DNA of 64,000 nucleotides from an uncultured Pseudomonadota bacterium (GTDB taxonomy: Bacteria; Desulfobacterota; Binatia; Binatales; Binataceae). The position numbers and the translations under genes were made by a program. The notes beneath the pieces were generated by a model. It searched no databases, was not told where the DNA came from, and saw nothing but the letters and a program-made list of their open reading frames with translations. Below are positions 28,655 through 39,357 of this stretch, in pieces; within the stretch, counting starts at the first letter, position 1, and the number at the start of each line of letters is the position of its first letter. The DNA lies in assembly GCA_963804355.1 (NCBI GenBank), contig CAWDQC010000018.1, forward strand, positions 71,281-135,280, read 5' to 3'.

Positions 28655-28863
28655 TCGCATCACCGTCGCGGTCTTGTGAAGTGCAAGGCCGCGCCCCCCT
28701 CCCCCGGGTGCGCGACCGCCAATCATTCGAAGTGCGCGCAACCATGGGTGTCGTACGGTTGTTATCGCAGATTCGCCAGAGCCTTGACCTCTTTGAGATC
28801 GCCAGTGAAGTGCGCGTGCAGCGTAGCTGAACATTGAGCCTGCGCTCCACAGGAGACCGATAG

Positions 28864-29870
28864 ATGGTTGACTACGAAGTCTTCGAGTTAGGTGACGTAG
28901 TACTCCAATCGGGGCTCACCCTGCGGCAAGCGAAGCTCGCCTACAAAACCTATGGGAAGCTCGCACCCGCGCGCGACAACGTCGTTGTGATGCCGACCTT
29001 CTACGGCGGCCAGCACACCGACAACGAAGCGATGATACATCCGCAACGTGCTATCGACCCGACCCGGTACTTCATTGTGGTGCCGAATATGTTCGGCAAT
29101 GGCTTATCGTCCTCACCGAGCAATACTCCCCCGCCGTTCGATCGCGCGGCTTTTCCTAATGTTACCCTCTACGACAACGTCGTCTGCCAACATCGCCTGA
29201 TTACTCAGCACCTCGGCATCGATCGAATCAGGCTGGTGGTAGGCTTCTCGATGGGCGCCCAGCAGGCTTTCCAGTGGGGCGCGCTGTACTCCGACATGAT
29301 CAGCGCGATCGCGCCGTTGTTCGGCTCGGCCCGAACTTCGCCGCACAACTTCCTCTTCCTGGAAGGAGTGAAGGCCGCTCTGCAAGCCGATACCGCATTT
29401 GCCGACGGCTGGTACGATGCACAACCGGTTAAGGGCTTACGCGCCTTCAGCCGGGTATACGCGGGCTGGGCCTTCTCGCAAGACTTCTTCCGCGAGGAAG
29501 AGTACCGCAGCATGGGCCTGCAGTCGCTCGAAGACACGGTGCGAGCGATGGAAGGCCTTTTCCGGCGGCGCGATGCGAACGATCTGCTGGCGATGCTGTG
29601 GACGTGGCAGCACGCTGATATCAGCGCCAACCCGATTTACAAAGGTGATTTTGCCGCCAGCCTCGCGGCGATTCGTGCCCGTGCGATTGTGATGCCCTGC
29701 GACAGGGATCTCTACTTTCGCGTGCGCGACAACCAGATCGAGGTGGAGCAGATGCCGAACGCGGAACTGCGGACGCTTAGCTCAATCTGGGGCACGCCGC
29801 CGGCCTTGGAGTGAATCCCAGCGACAATCAGTTCATCGATGCGGCGCTGCGTGAATTATTGGCCGAGTGA
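28864..29870 (+). CDS. Homoserine O-acetyltransferase-like alpha/beta hydrolase, C-terminal frameshift
   Basis: LAYKTYG, GNGLSSSPSN, GFSMGA, DLYF; adding one G in TGGGGCAC restores SIWGHAAG and a stop at 29870. Confidence 0.85.
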
Positions 29871-29880
29871 CGCGATCGTT

Positions 29881-29912
29881 CGCGTAATCTCTACCGCGCG
29901 TAAACTCTACCG
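29881..29912. repeat. 16-bp tandem repeat, one mismatch
   Basis: CGCGTAATCTCTACCG / CGCGTAAACTCTACCG. Confidence 0.6.
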
Positions 29913-30017
29913 CTGGTCGACTAAGATCATGCTTGGGCGCCCCCGACTAAAAGAAATCACGGGTTGCGCGCTCCGAATTGGCTCGGCAGCTCTGAGAAAA
30001 CAGAACTAACCGCGCGC

Positions 30018-30980
30018 TCACTTCTTTAAGTCGGCGAGGAACTCCAGGATCGCGGCGTTGGTCTCGGCCGGCTTCTCCTGCTGGGTCCAATGGCCACAGC
30101 CCTTGATCAAGACGGTTTTGCGCAGGTTTGGCACGAACTCTTCCATCCCGTTGCAGAGCTCCGGCCGCAAAACCGGATCAAGTTCCGCCGTTATCATCAA
30201 CGCCGGTTGATTCACCCGGTTCTCGAGCCCCGCGCTTTCCTCCCAGCTGCGATCGATGCAGCGGTACCAGTTGAGGCCGCCGCGAAAACCGGTCTTCTCA
30301 TACGCTTTGACGAAGACCTCGAAATCCTCCTCGCTGAGAAAACTTCCATGCGGCCGATCCGCCAGGCGGTCGAGTAGTCCTCCGCCGGCTTCACCAAATA
30401 CCCCCGGCGGAGCGCTGGTGTCGATCGTTCCGGCGAAGTCGCGCGGCTCCTGGTAGAAACCATTGAGCGATCGACGGACGTCGCGCTCGAGCTCGGCCTC
30501 CGCGACACCGGGTTTCTGGAAGTAGAGAATATAGTGAAAGTTGCCCTGCGCGATCGCCGTCATGAAATCGGTCGGCTTCATCGGGCCGCGCGGGAAAAAA
30601 GGCGTGTTGACCCCTATCACCCGTTCGAATCTCTCGGGAACCATCATCGGGGCGTTCCAGGCTACCGCACCACCCCAGTCATGCCCGATGATCACGCATT
30701 TCGCGATCCCGAGCGCGTCGAGCATCCCGACGATATCGCCGACCAGAAGGCGCTGGGTATAGGCCTCGGTCGCCGCCGGCGCGTCGGTTTCGCCATAGCC
30801 TCGTTGGTCGGGCGCGATCGCGCGAAAACCGGCGTCGGCCAGCGCGCGCATCTGATGACGCCACGAGTACCACAGTTCCGGGAACCCGTGGCACATCACG
30901 ACCGGATAGCCGGTGCCCGCCTCGGCCACATGCATCCGGATTCCATTGGTTTTGATGAACTTATGGCTAAATTCGCTCAT
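30018..30980 (-). CDS. Epoxide hydrolase (EphA-like alpha/beta hydrolase)
   Basis: HGFPELWYSWRHQ, PDQRGYG, GHDWG (Asp nucleophile), LNWYR, GHWTQQE. Confidence 0.9.
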   Translation of the reverse strand: MSEFSHKFIKTNGIRMHVAEAGTGYPVVMCHGFPELWYSWRHQMRALADAGFRAIAPDQRGYGETDAPAATEAYTQRLLVGDIVGMLDALGIAKCVIIGHDWGGAVAWNAPMMVPERFERVIGVNTPFFPRGPMKPTDFMTAIAQGNFHYILYFQKPGVAEAELERDVRRSLNGFYQEPRDFAGTIDTSAPPGVFGEAGGGLLDRLADRPHGSFLSEEDFEVFVKAYEKTGFRGGLNWYRCIDRSWEESAGLENRVNQPALMITAELDPVLRPELCNGMEEFVPNLRKTVLIKGCGHWTQQEKPAETNAAILEFLADLKK

Positions 30981-31092
30981 AGGACGCCTCGTGCTCGTAA
31001 TCCGTCAGTTTTCGCCGATTGACAGCTCGACGCAACCCGCAATATCGTAAGTCCAGCCAAGTACGGCCGTCTGCGCCGACGGAGGGGCAAAT

Positions 31093-31743
31093 ATGAATCG
31101 GGACTTCGAATTCAAACAGCTTTTGCGCGCATATCGCGCCGGAATCATTAACGAGGAGACCTTTGAGTGCGAGATGGCCGACCTTGAGAATGGCTCCTCG
31201 ACCGCAACCAACGGCTCCGGCCATGCCAGCTTCCAGTGCATGGGCAAGACTTACAAATCCGAACGTGACGCTATCGTCAGTTTTCTCGACAAGGCTCGCG
31301 TAGCCGAGAGTAATGCAGGGGTCGCATTCGCAAACTGGGTAAAGGCCTGCAAGACCGACTGTATTCGCAGCGGACTCAAGATGATCTCCGAGCGCGAGAG
31401 CTATCATGGGCGGGTTTTCGAAGCCCGTCTGCATGAACTCGGCGCCGAATGCCGTGCCGAGGTCAGCGAGGAAAGCCGCAAGTTCGCGGCCTGCGTCAGC
31501 GATCCGAACATGCCGGACAACGAGAAGCTGCTGCGCTTTGCGGCGCTGGTCCCGGATGCGGACGCGGCGATCAAACCGCTCTTCGAGCTGGCCGAGTCCA
31601 TCAAGGAAGACATGGAGACCAAGGAAGCTATCCGTCTCTTCGCTGAAGACGAGCTTTCGAGCACCAAGTGGCTGCGCTATGCGTGCGCTGCCCTGAATGC
31701 TCGGGCGGCCTCAGCTTCGGCTCAAGCCTCGGCAACGGCCTGA
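31093..31743 (+). CDS. Ferritin-like domain protein with short helical N-terminal module
   Basis: SD GGAGG; AE...RESYH (ExxH) di-metal-like motif in a helical bundle; N-terminal LLRAYRAGIINEETFE. Confidence 0.65.
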   Translation: MNRDFEFKQLLRAYRAGIINEETFECEMADLENGSSTATNGSGHASFQCMGKTYKSERDAIVSFLDKARVAESNAGVAFANWVKACKTDCIRSGLKMISERESYHGRVFEARLHELGAECRAEVSEESRKFAACVSDPNMPDNEKLLRFAALVPDADAAIKPLFELAESIKEDMETKEAIRLFAEDELSSTKWLRYACAALNARAASASAQASATA

Positions 31744-31756
31744 GTATCAAATCGAA

Positions 31757-31789
31757 CGCGCCGACCGAAGATTCGACCGGCGCGCTTTG
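31757..31789 (+). terminator. Possible terminator hairpin
   Basis: CGCGCCG...CGGCGCG stem followed by CTTT, between convergent genes. Confidence 0.4.
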
Positions 31790-31842
31790 AGACCTACGGG
31801 TGTGGCGTGATTACGATCGCGTCACACCTTTTTTATTGCGAT

Positions 31843-32628
31843 TTACTCGGGGACTTTCGTGGCCGGACCTGCGCCGCCAGCCGGCGGTGCGCCCGGCGGT
31901 CGACCCGCCCCCTGACCAAGCTGCTGCCGGGTATATCCTGCCGGTACGGTGAAGGTATCGGGTGGCAGATCCTCGACGGCAATCTTCGTCACCGTCATGT
32001 GCGTCACGGTCGGTGGCCGTTTGGCCAACATATCGTTGATTTTCGCCATTTGATCGGGCGTCATTCCGGGCATCGAGACGTGGGTGATCTTGGTCGTCGT
32101 CTCGAGCCTCATCGGGGTCCCATCGGGCATCCCCGACATCATCGAGAGGGCGGTTCCCTTGACCTTTTCGGCCATTATTCGATTGAAGGCGGTGAACTCC
32201 TTCGAACCGGGGGCGACGGTCGAGAAACATGCCTTGAGGTTGGATTGGTTACCGCCCATCACGGCCGATCCGGTGTATTCGTCGCACGAATAGCCCACCA
32301 CCTTATCGTGGGCCCCGGTCTTCTTGAAGGTCATCGGGCTCATGTTGGCGTTCGCGGGGCGATTCGGCGGAAACGGCATCTCGACGTACGCATGCTGGGC
32401 CGAGCTCATGATGGTACGGGTGCCCTTATCGAGGTCGAGGACCATGGTGTTGTCGCCGACTTGAGTCTTCTGTTTGTGGCCTTGAATCATCAAGACGACG
32501 TTCTGGTTGGTCGAGTGTCCGTCGCCGGAGTCGATTTCCTGCTGTTCGTTCACCACTACACCGGCGAAAACGCTCGTAACGCCACTCAGAATGAACACCG
32601 CCGCAATTGCGGCCGAAGATAGTTTCAC
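31843..32628 (-). CDS. Secreted DUF4412-like protein
   Basis: GTG start with signal peptide; FKKTG..KVVGYSCDEY, LPPDTFTVPAGY; Pro/Gly-rich tail. Confidence 0.75.
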   Translation of the reverse strand: MKLSSAAIAAVFILSGVTSVFAGVVVNEQQEIDSGDGHSTNQNVVLMIQGHKQKTQVGDNTMVLDLDKGTRTIMSSAQHAYVEMPFPPNRPANANMSPMTFKKTGAHDKVVGYSCDEYTGSAVMGGNQSNLKACFSTVAPGSKEFTAFNRIMAEKVKGTALSMMSGMPDGTPMRLETTTKITHVSMPGMTPDQMAKINDMLAKRPPTVTHMTVTKIAVEDLPPDTFTVPAGYTRQQLGQGAGRPPGAPPAGGAGPATKVPE

Positions 32629-33668
32629 AGCGATTGCCCTCCTTGGGCGCCTTGCATTTCTATTACGTTTTTTTGTGCGGCAGCGCCGGTGCTGAAGGCG
32701 CGGCCAGTGAGCATCCGATGGCCGATCAGGCCCAGTAGCCCGAAGGCGACCCAGGTCATTTCCTTGATTCGCCGCAAAAAGCCGATCGCAAAGCCAAGGC
32801 CCGCTGGATAACCCAATATAGATAGAATCAGCGCTTTGCCACCTTCCTGGCTTACCAGCTTGCCGGGTATCAGGAAGGTCGCGCGCTCGATCAGCAAACC
32901 CATCGCCTCGATCAGCAGGACGATCAGCCACGAGACTGGCTGATGAAGGAGGGTGAGCAGAATGTAAATTTCGACCGGTCCCATGCTCCACGCCACCAGA
33001 TAGCAGAGCGAGGAGAGGACCAGGCGTCCGCGATGGCGCGCGTAGAAATCGATCAGAATCCCGTCAGCTTCGTCCGCGGCGACCTTGACCTCGGGGTCGG
33101 CCAGATACTTCACGTCGAGCTTGGCCGCAGCCTTCCAGAGTAAGGCGAATGGACGCTTCAGCTGGATATAAAGAAAGGCGCCCGCGAGTCCCACCGCAAT
33201 CGCGAAGCCGCCCATCACCGGCCAGAACAGATGATGAAGTTCGGCTTCAAAAGGCAAAGAGGTAAGCAGAGCCGCGCTAATGAATCCGATTTGGCCGAAG
33301 GCTTCCGCCAGCGAAGCAACGACGACAGTGGCAAGTCCCACCGCCATCGTGAGCTTTCGACGCACCATCATGGCCATCACGAATTGGCCGCCCAACTGTC
33401 CCGACGGTGTAACGTAGTCGATGGCTTCGCCCGCGATCCGCGCGACGAACAACTCGCCGAAGTGCAGATTGCGCGGATAATTTTCGATGGTCGCCCGCCA
33501 TCCGAGGGTGTTGCAGACTCTCGCGACCGCTTCGAGCGCGATGGTAAGGGCTAGACCCCATCCGACCATTTGGACGTAATGCCAAACATCGCGTGCGCCG
33601 AAGCGATGGAGAAACCAGCCATAGAAACCAAGGGCAAGCAGAATAATCAGGGTTTCAACGCGGCGCAT
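32625..33668 (-). CDS. Lysylphosphatidylglycerol synthase TM / flippase-like (UPF0104) membrane protein
   Basis: Multiple TM segments; GEAIDYVTPSGQLGG, IPGKLVSQEGG, FLRRIKE. Confidence 0.8.
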   Translation of the reverse strand: MRRVETLIILLALGFYGWFLHRFGARDVWHYVQMVGWGLALTIALEAVARVCNTLGWRATIENYPRNLHFGELFVARIAGEAIDYVTPSGQLGGQFVMAMMVRRKLTMAVGLATVVVASLAEAFGQIGFISAALLTSLPFEAELHHLFWPVMGGFAIAVGLAGAFLYIQLKRPFALLWKAAAKLDVKYLADPEVKVAADEADGILIDFYARHRGRLVLSSLCYLVAWSMGPVEIYILLTLLHQPVSWLIVLLIEAMGLLIERATFLIPGKLVSQEGGKALILSILGYPAGLGFAIGFLRRIKEMTWVAFGLLGLIGHRMLTGRAFSTGAAAQKNVIEMQGAQGGQSL

Positions 33669-33897
33669 CGATAAGGGGTCCGTCGGTAGGTGTGCCGGTG
33701 GGGCGTGCGGTCATTGTTTCAGCGACTGCGCGGCTGCGCAAGGCAGGTCCGCGCTGTCGTCTCACTCAATCGAGATTAAGAAGTACGCTTCGAATCGCCA
33801 AGCCGAGCAACGGGTTCGGCGTCAAATCTTGAAACACACGCATAGCTCACAAGGGAAAAGCCGGGACAAAATCCGCCATCGGTTTTGGCCCGCCGAA

Positions 33898-34944
33898 TCA
33901 AACTTTGAAGCGGATGTGGATGATGTCGCCGTCCTGCATGGTGTAGTCGCGTCCTTCGAGACGGAGCTTTCCCGCCTCCTTAACCTTGGCGTCCGAACGC
34001 AACATCGCAAAGTCCGCATAACTGACGACTTCGGCGCGGATGAATCCGCGGGCGATATCGGAGTGGATACGACCGGCAGCCTCCAGCGCGGAAGCGCCCC
34101 GCCGCAACGACCACGCATGCGCCTCAGGTTCGCCCGCGGTGTAGAAAGTAATCAAGCCGAGGTCGCGAAAGAGCGAGGTGATAAGACGGTCGCGGGCGGG
34201 AGCTTCGAGACCGGCGTCACGCAACAATTCATCCTGGCCGGCGTTGTCGAGTTCCCATAATTCGGACTCGAAACCGGCGGCGAGCCTGAAGACGTTGACG
34301 CCGCGCGCCGAGAGGGCCGCGCTTTCGGCGGCCGGCAGTTCCGCGGTCGCGCGGTCGGCATCGCAGTTGATTACCGCGATTGCCGGTTTGCGTGAGAGAA
34401 AGCCGAAACTGGAGAAGGTCTGCAGCTCTTGCGCGGTCAAGTCGAGGAGCCGCAGCGGTTTGCCCTCTTCGAGCCATTTGAGACATTTCTCGAGCGCGGC
34501 CCGTTCGAAATCAACCGGGCTCTTTTCCTTTTTGAGCCGTTCGAGCCGGCGTTCGGCCTGGTCGAAGTCGGAAAACGTCAGTTCGCTCTCGACGCTTTCG
34601 ACGGCGGCTATCAAAGGCTTCGAGCGGCCGGTGAAGTCGGGAACCACGATCAGCAAGGCCTCGAGGTCACGAATCATCGGCAAGAGACTGGGGTCGAGCG
34701 CGGCGCCCTCTTTTTGTTCCTTGGGATTGGGCGCGAAATCGAGAATGGTCAGCTCGACCGGAACCTTCTTCTTCGATCCGTAAGTCGTCTCGAGAAAGTC
34801 GAGGCGCTCGTCGGCGACCTTGATCTGGCCGAAGCGCCCGCGGCCCTTGGCGTCCGCCTGTCCGGGAAGAGGGGCGAGCCCGGTAAGGGCGTGGAAGACA
34901 GTTGATTTGCCGACGCCACGCGCGCCGATGATTCCTGTTTTCAC
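33898..34944 (-). CDS. ychF: YchF-like OBG-family ATPase (DUF933 domain), divergent
   Basis: GVGKSTVFHALTG; C-terminal LGLITFYTAG..E..AW, AAGRIHSDIARGFIRAEV, RLEGRDY.MQDGD. Confidence 0.85.
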   Translation of the reverse strand: MKTGIIGARGVGKSTVFHALTGLAPLPGQADAKGRGRFGQIKVADERLDFLETTYGSKKKVPVELTILDFAPNPKEQKEGAALDPSLLPMIRDLEALLIVVPDFTGRSKPLIAAVESVESELTFSDFDQAERRLERLKKEKSPVDFERAALEKCLKWLEEGKPLRLLDLTAQELQTFSSFGFLSRKPAIAVINCDADRATAELPAAESAALSARGVNVFRLAAGFESELWELDNAGQDELLRDAGLEAPARDRLITSLFRDLGLITFYTAGEPEAHAWSLRRGASALEAAGRIHSDIARGFIRAEVVSYADFAMLRSDAKVKEAGKLRLEGRDYTMQDGDIIHIRFKV

Positions 34945-35098
34945 CGCGAATTACTCCGAACCTCTAAGCGTTACATATCGCGCACGTCGGTGTAAGCATC
35001 GTGACCCGCTTTTACCGGGCTCTCCGCGCGACTCATCACCTTCATGCGGCTTGTGATACAGAATCAAACCGGTAGACGTTGCAGAGGAGGAAAGCCCG

Positions 35099-36379
35099 AT
35101 GCCAAAAGCGCCACCTGACTACCAGACACGCTACCCAATCGATTTCGCGGAGATCGATCCCACCGTGCGGCAGACCGTGGTGCAACTCTATGCGGCGGAC
35201 GGTGCGAAATCGCGTGGCCTCCTTTATATGCCGCCGAAGAGCAAGCCGCGCACCGTGGTTATCATGGCTCATCCGCGGGGCGACTTCGCGCAGCACTACT
35301 CGATCCCATTCTGGGTGGAAGCCGGCTTCGCCGCCTTCGCGCAGAATACGCGCTACCTCAACAACGATTCGATGATGCTGCACGAGAACCTGCTCATCGA
35401 CCTGGCGGCGGGGATGCGTTACCTGCGCGAGGAGCAGGGCTTCGAGCGAATCGTGATGCTGGGAAACTCGGGCGGTGGCTCGCTCTTTTCGTACTATGAT
35501 GCCGAAGCGCGATTGCCCAAGGGGACACGAGTCTCGGCGCCGCCGGGTGGCGGTCCGCCCGACCTGAACCAGTTCGATTTTCCCACGGCCGACGGATTCA
35601 TCCTGCTGGCGGCTCATCCGGGGCAGGGCAAGGTTCTGATGGGTTCGCTCGACGCGTCGGTGGCCGACGAGAACAATCCGTTCGCAACCGACCCCGCACT
35701 CGATCCGTACGACGAGCGCAACGGCTTCAAGGTACCGCCGGCGGAGACCCGCTACGATCCGCAGTGGCTGGCACACTATCGAGCGGGCCAGCGGGCGCGG
35801 GTCGCGCGAATCGACGCGATCGCGCGTGGCTATATCGCGGAGGCGCAAAACGCTCGCGCGGCCTCCAAGGCGTCGGACTTTGCCAAAGCGCCGCCGGAAC
35901 ACCGAACGAGCGTTCAGCGGCGAATGATGGCGCCACGCATAATGGTGGTATATCGCACGTTGGCTAATCCAAACTATTTCGACCTGTCACTGGAGCCGTC
36001 GGAGCGGGTGGTGGGGTCGATTTTCGCGGCGCGCCCGGAGCTGTTCAACTATCATGCATTCGGGCTGGGCCATGTGGTGACGCCCGACGCCTGGCTGTCG
36101 ACGTGGTCGGGACTGAGTTCCTACGCGAATTTGGAGCGGAACCTGCCCAAAGTACAAGTGCCGACGTTAGTGGTCGGGGCGAACGCGGACCAGGATATTT
36201 TCGTTTCGGACGTTCGCACGGAATTCGACCTGTCAGGGGCGAAGGATAAGAAGATCGAGTTCATCGAGGGCGCCGACCATTTCATGCGGGCCGGGGGAAC
36301 GAAGGGGGATCTCGGCGATCCGCGTCCTCGCCTTATGAAAATTCTGACGGCGTGGACGGCTGAGCGCTTCAAGCCGTAA
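35099..36379 (+). CDS. Alpha/beta fold hydrolase of unknown substrate
   Basis: GNSGGG nucleophile elbow, AAHPG, PTLVV..D, GADH. Confidence 0.8.
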   Translation: MPKAPPDYQTRYPIDFAEIDPTVRQTVVQLYAADGAKSRGLLYMPPKSKPRTVVIMAHPRGDFAQHYSIPFWVEAGFAAFAQNTRYLNNDSMMLHENLLIDLAAGMRYLREEQGFERIVMLGNSGGGSLFSYYDAEARLPKGTRVSAPPGGGPPDLNQFDFPTADGFILLAAHPGQGKVLMGSLDASVADENNPFATDPALDPYDERNGFKVPPAETRYDPQWLAHYRAGQRARVARIDAIARGYIAEAQNARAASKASDFAKAPPEHRTSVQRRMMAPRIMVVYRTLANPNYFDLSLEPSERVVGSIFAARPELFNYHAFGLGHVVTPDAWLSTWSGLSSYANLERNLPKVQVPTLVVGANADQDIFVSDVRTEFDLSGAKDKKIEFIEGADHFMRAGGTKGDLGDPRPRLMKILTAWTAERFKP

Positions 36380-36831
36380 GCGTTGTTGACAAAAATACGG
36401 GGTGTTCGGTCCGACTGCTTGCGTCAGCGGGCGCCGAACAGCAACCTAGTACGGGTTAGAGCGAGGGGGACGGGCAAGATCGGGGTGAGACTTCCGAGGT
36501 CGTTTTATTGGGGGAGAGACGGCTTGAAGAGGTTCGGCAGCGGCGATCGGTAAAATCGTCTTGAGGCTCGGGGCCAGAACGAGCATCCTGAGAAACCCGG
36601 ACATCCTCTAAAGACATACAAAAGGCGAAAATCGAAAGCGGTAGCTTCTGCGCGGTCATTTGCGTAAGCTTTGCTAAAGCGGCTTTAATTAGTGGAAATG
36701 CCGCTTGTGTGAGCTCTGTTGGTTGTTGACCCTTTCGATAAAGCCAAAAGAGAAAATTGCGATGGGTGGCCGACTGGCTTCGAAACTGAGGGCTGGCGCC
36801 TGGACGCGATTTTTCGAAAGTTGACGAGAGA

Positions 36832-39273
36832 ATGGCCGTTCCACCGCTCTCAGACAACACGAGCACCCTGTTCACCAACCTGATTGAGCACCATCTTCGG
36901 TTCTCGCTGGCGAAGAGAAGGTGGCAACTCGGGAAGCGTGACTGGTATCGGGTCGCGGCGCTAGCGGTGCGCGACATGCTGATCGAGCGGATGCTCGGGA
37001 CGCAGGCTCGCTTCGACGGTAAAAACTCCAAAAAACTCTACTATCTATCGCTGGAATTCCTGATCGGGCGATCGCTCGAAAATAACCTGTTCAACCTTGG
37101 GGTGATCGACATCTGCCGGGAGCTGCTGGCGAGAAACGGTATCGACCTGCAGACGGTCTTCGACGAAGAACCCGACGCTGCTCTCGGCAATGGCGGCCTG
37201 GGACGGCTGGCGGCGTGCTTTCTCGATTCGCTGGCCACGCTGGATATGCCCGGCTACGCCTACGGCATCAACTACGAGTTCGGTCTCTTCCGGCAGGAGA
37301 TAAGCGACGGTTACCAGATCGAGCGGCCGGATAGCTGGCGGCGCGACAATTCGCCGTGGCTGGTGACGAGACCCGAGGAGTCCTGCCTGATACCGGTTTA
37401 CGGGCGGATCGAGCATCGGTTCAATCGTAGCGGCGAGTACAGTCCGCATTGGGTAGCGCAGCGGATGCTGGTAGGGATGCCGTCCGACTTGCCGATTGCG
37501 GCTACGGCGGGCGCACGGTGAATTTCGTGAGATTGTACTCGGCCGGCGCCTCCGACGAATTCGACATGCAGATTTTCAATGCCGGCGACTACGTCAAGGC
37601 GGTCGAGCAGAAGATGGTCTCCGAGACTATCTCGAAGGTGCTCTATCCGTCGGACTCGGTGCAGGCGGGCCGAGAGCTGCGGCTGTTGCAGGAGTATTTT
37701 TTCGTCGCCTGCGCCATCGGCGACATTATTCGAGGCTTTTTGCGGCGGGGCGAGGACGATTTCCGTGAGCTGCCGTCGAAGGTGGCGATTCAGCTCAACG
37801 ATACGCATCCGACACTGGCGATCGTCGAACTCATGCGAGTGCTGGTCGACGATCAGGACCTGCAGTGGAACATGGCGTGGGAAATCACGCAATCCACTTT
37901 TTCGTACACGAACCATACCTTGATGCCGGAAGCGCTCGAGCGCTGGCCGGTAAGCCTGATGGAACGGGTGCTGCCGCGCCATCTGCAGATCGTTTACGAG
38001 ATCAACCGGCGATTTTTGGGCGAGGCGGCCGTTGGTCGGCAGCGAAGAGGTCCAGCGCCTTTCGATCGTCGAGGAGGGTTACGAAAGCCAGGTCCGGATG
38101 GCGCATCTGGCGATCGTCGGCAGCCATGCGGTCAACGGCGTTTCGGAGTTGCATTCGGAGTTGCTCAAGACGCGACTGGCCTCCCAAATTCAACGAGCTT
38201 TGGCCCGAGCGGTTCAGCAACAAGACCAATGGGGTCACCCAGCGGCGATGGCTTCTGATGGCGAACCCGGGCCTGGCGAAGTTGCTCGACGAGACCATCG
38301 GGACGGGTTGGGCGACGGAGCTGGAAAAGCTGCGCGGAATTGAACCTTTTGCCACCGATGCGGCGTTCCAGGATCGGGTGATGGCAATCAAGCGGGCGAA
38401 CAAGGAACGCCTGGCGACCCTGGTGCAGCGCACCGCGCAGGTCGATATCGATCCGGCCGGCATGGTCGACGTGCAGGCCAAGCGAATTCACGAGTACAAG
38501 CGGCAGCTCCTGATGGCGCTCGGAATCGTGCACGAATACTGAGTATCGTCGAGGATGGCGTCGAACCGCCGATGCCGCGCTCGTATATTATCGCGGGGAA
38601 GGCCGCGCCCGGTTATTGGGCGGCCCAAATGATTATCAAGTTGATCAGCAGCCTGGGCGACGTGATCAACAATGACGAAAGGACGCGCGGGCTGATCAAG
38701 GTCGCGTTCGTGCCCGATTATCGCGTGTCGCTCGCCGAACGAATTATTCCCGCAGCCGACCTCTCGGAGCAGATCTCTACTGCCGGTAAAGAGGCGTCGG
38801 GTACCGGCAATATGAAGTTCGCGATGAACGGGGCGTTGACGATCGGCACGCTCGACGGCGCCAATATCGAGATTCGCGAGGCGGTCGGCGCGGAGAATAT
38901 CTTTATTTTCGGACTCACCGCCGAAAGAATCGAAGAGATTCAGGCTAACGGTGGCTATCAGCCTTTCGAGTACTACCAGGCGGATCCGCGCTTGATGCGG
39001 GTGCTCGACGAGTTGGCGTCGGATCGTTTCTGTGCGCGCGAGCCCGGCCTGTTCAGATGGATTCGCGACATGCTGCTTGGGCGCGACGACTATTTCATCC
39101 TTGCGGATTTCGGGGCCTATATCGAAACGCAGGCGCAGATCGCCGCACAATTCGTGCAACCGCGGGTGTGGGCGCACAAGGCGATCCTGAATATCGCGCG
39201 TATCGGTAAGTTCTCGAGCGACCGCACGGTGGCGGAGTACGCGCGCGAGATCTGGCATCTCACCGCTTCGTAA
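36832..39273 (+). CDS. glgP: Glycogen/alpha-glucan phosphorylase, several indels
   Basis: [58 protein letters not shown] site [15 protein letters not shown]. Confidence 0.95.
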
Positions 39274-39357
39274 AGCATCCAATTCGAGTCGAATATCGTC
39301 GCGACGATCCGTGTGACGTCCCGGCTGGTAGCCGTTAGCAGCGGTTATCGCGAGGCG

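Noticed and set aside
36382-36730. 9-bp direct repeat GTTGTTGAC as the target-site duplication of a MITE
   Set aside because: No terminal inverted repeats inside; one 9-mer match within ~450 bp is plausible by chance
38540-38542. In-frame TGA in glgP as selenocysteine or readthrough
   Set aside because: The downstream coding continues in another frame; a 1-nt deletion in TAC-CTG-AGT explains it
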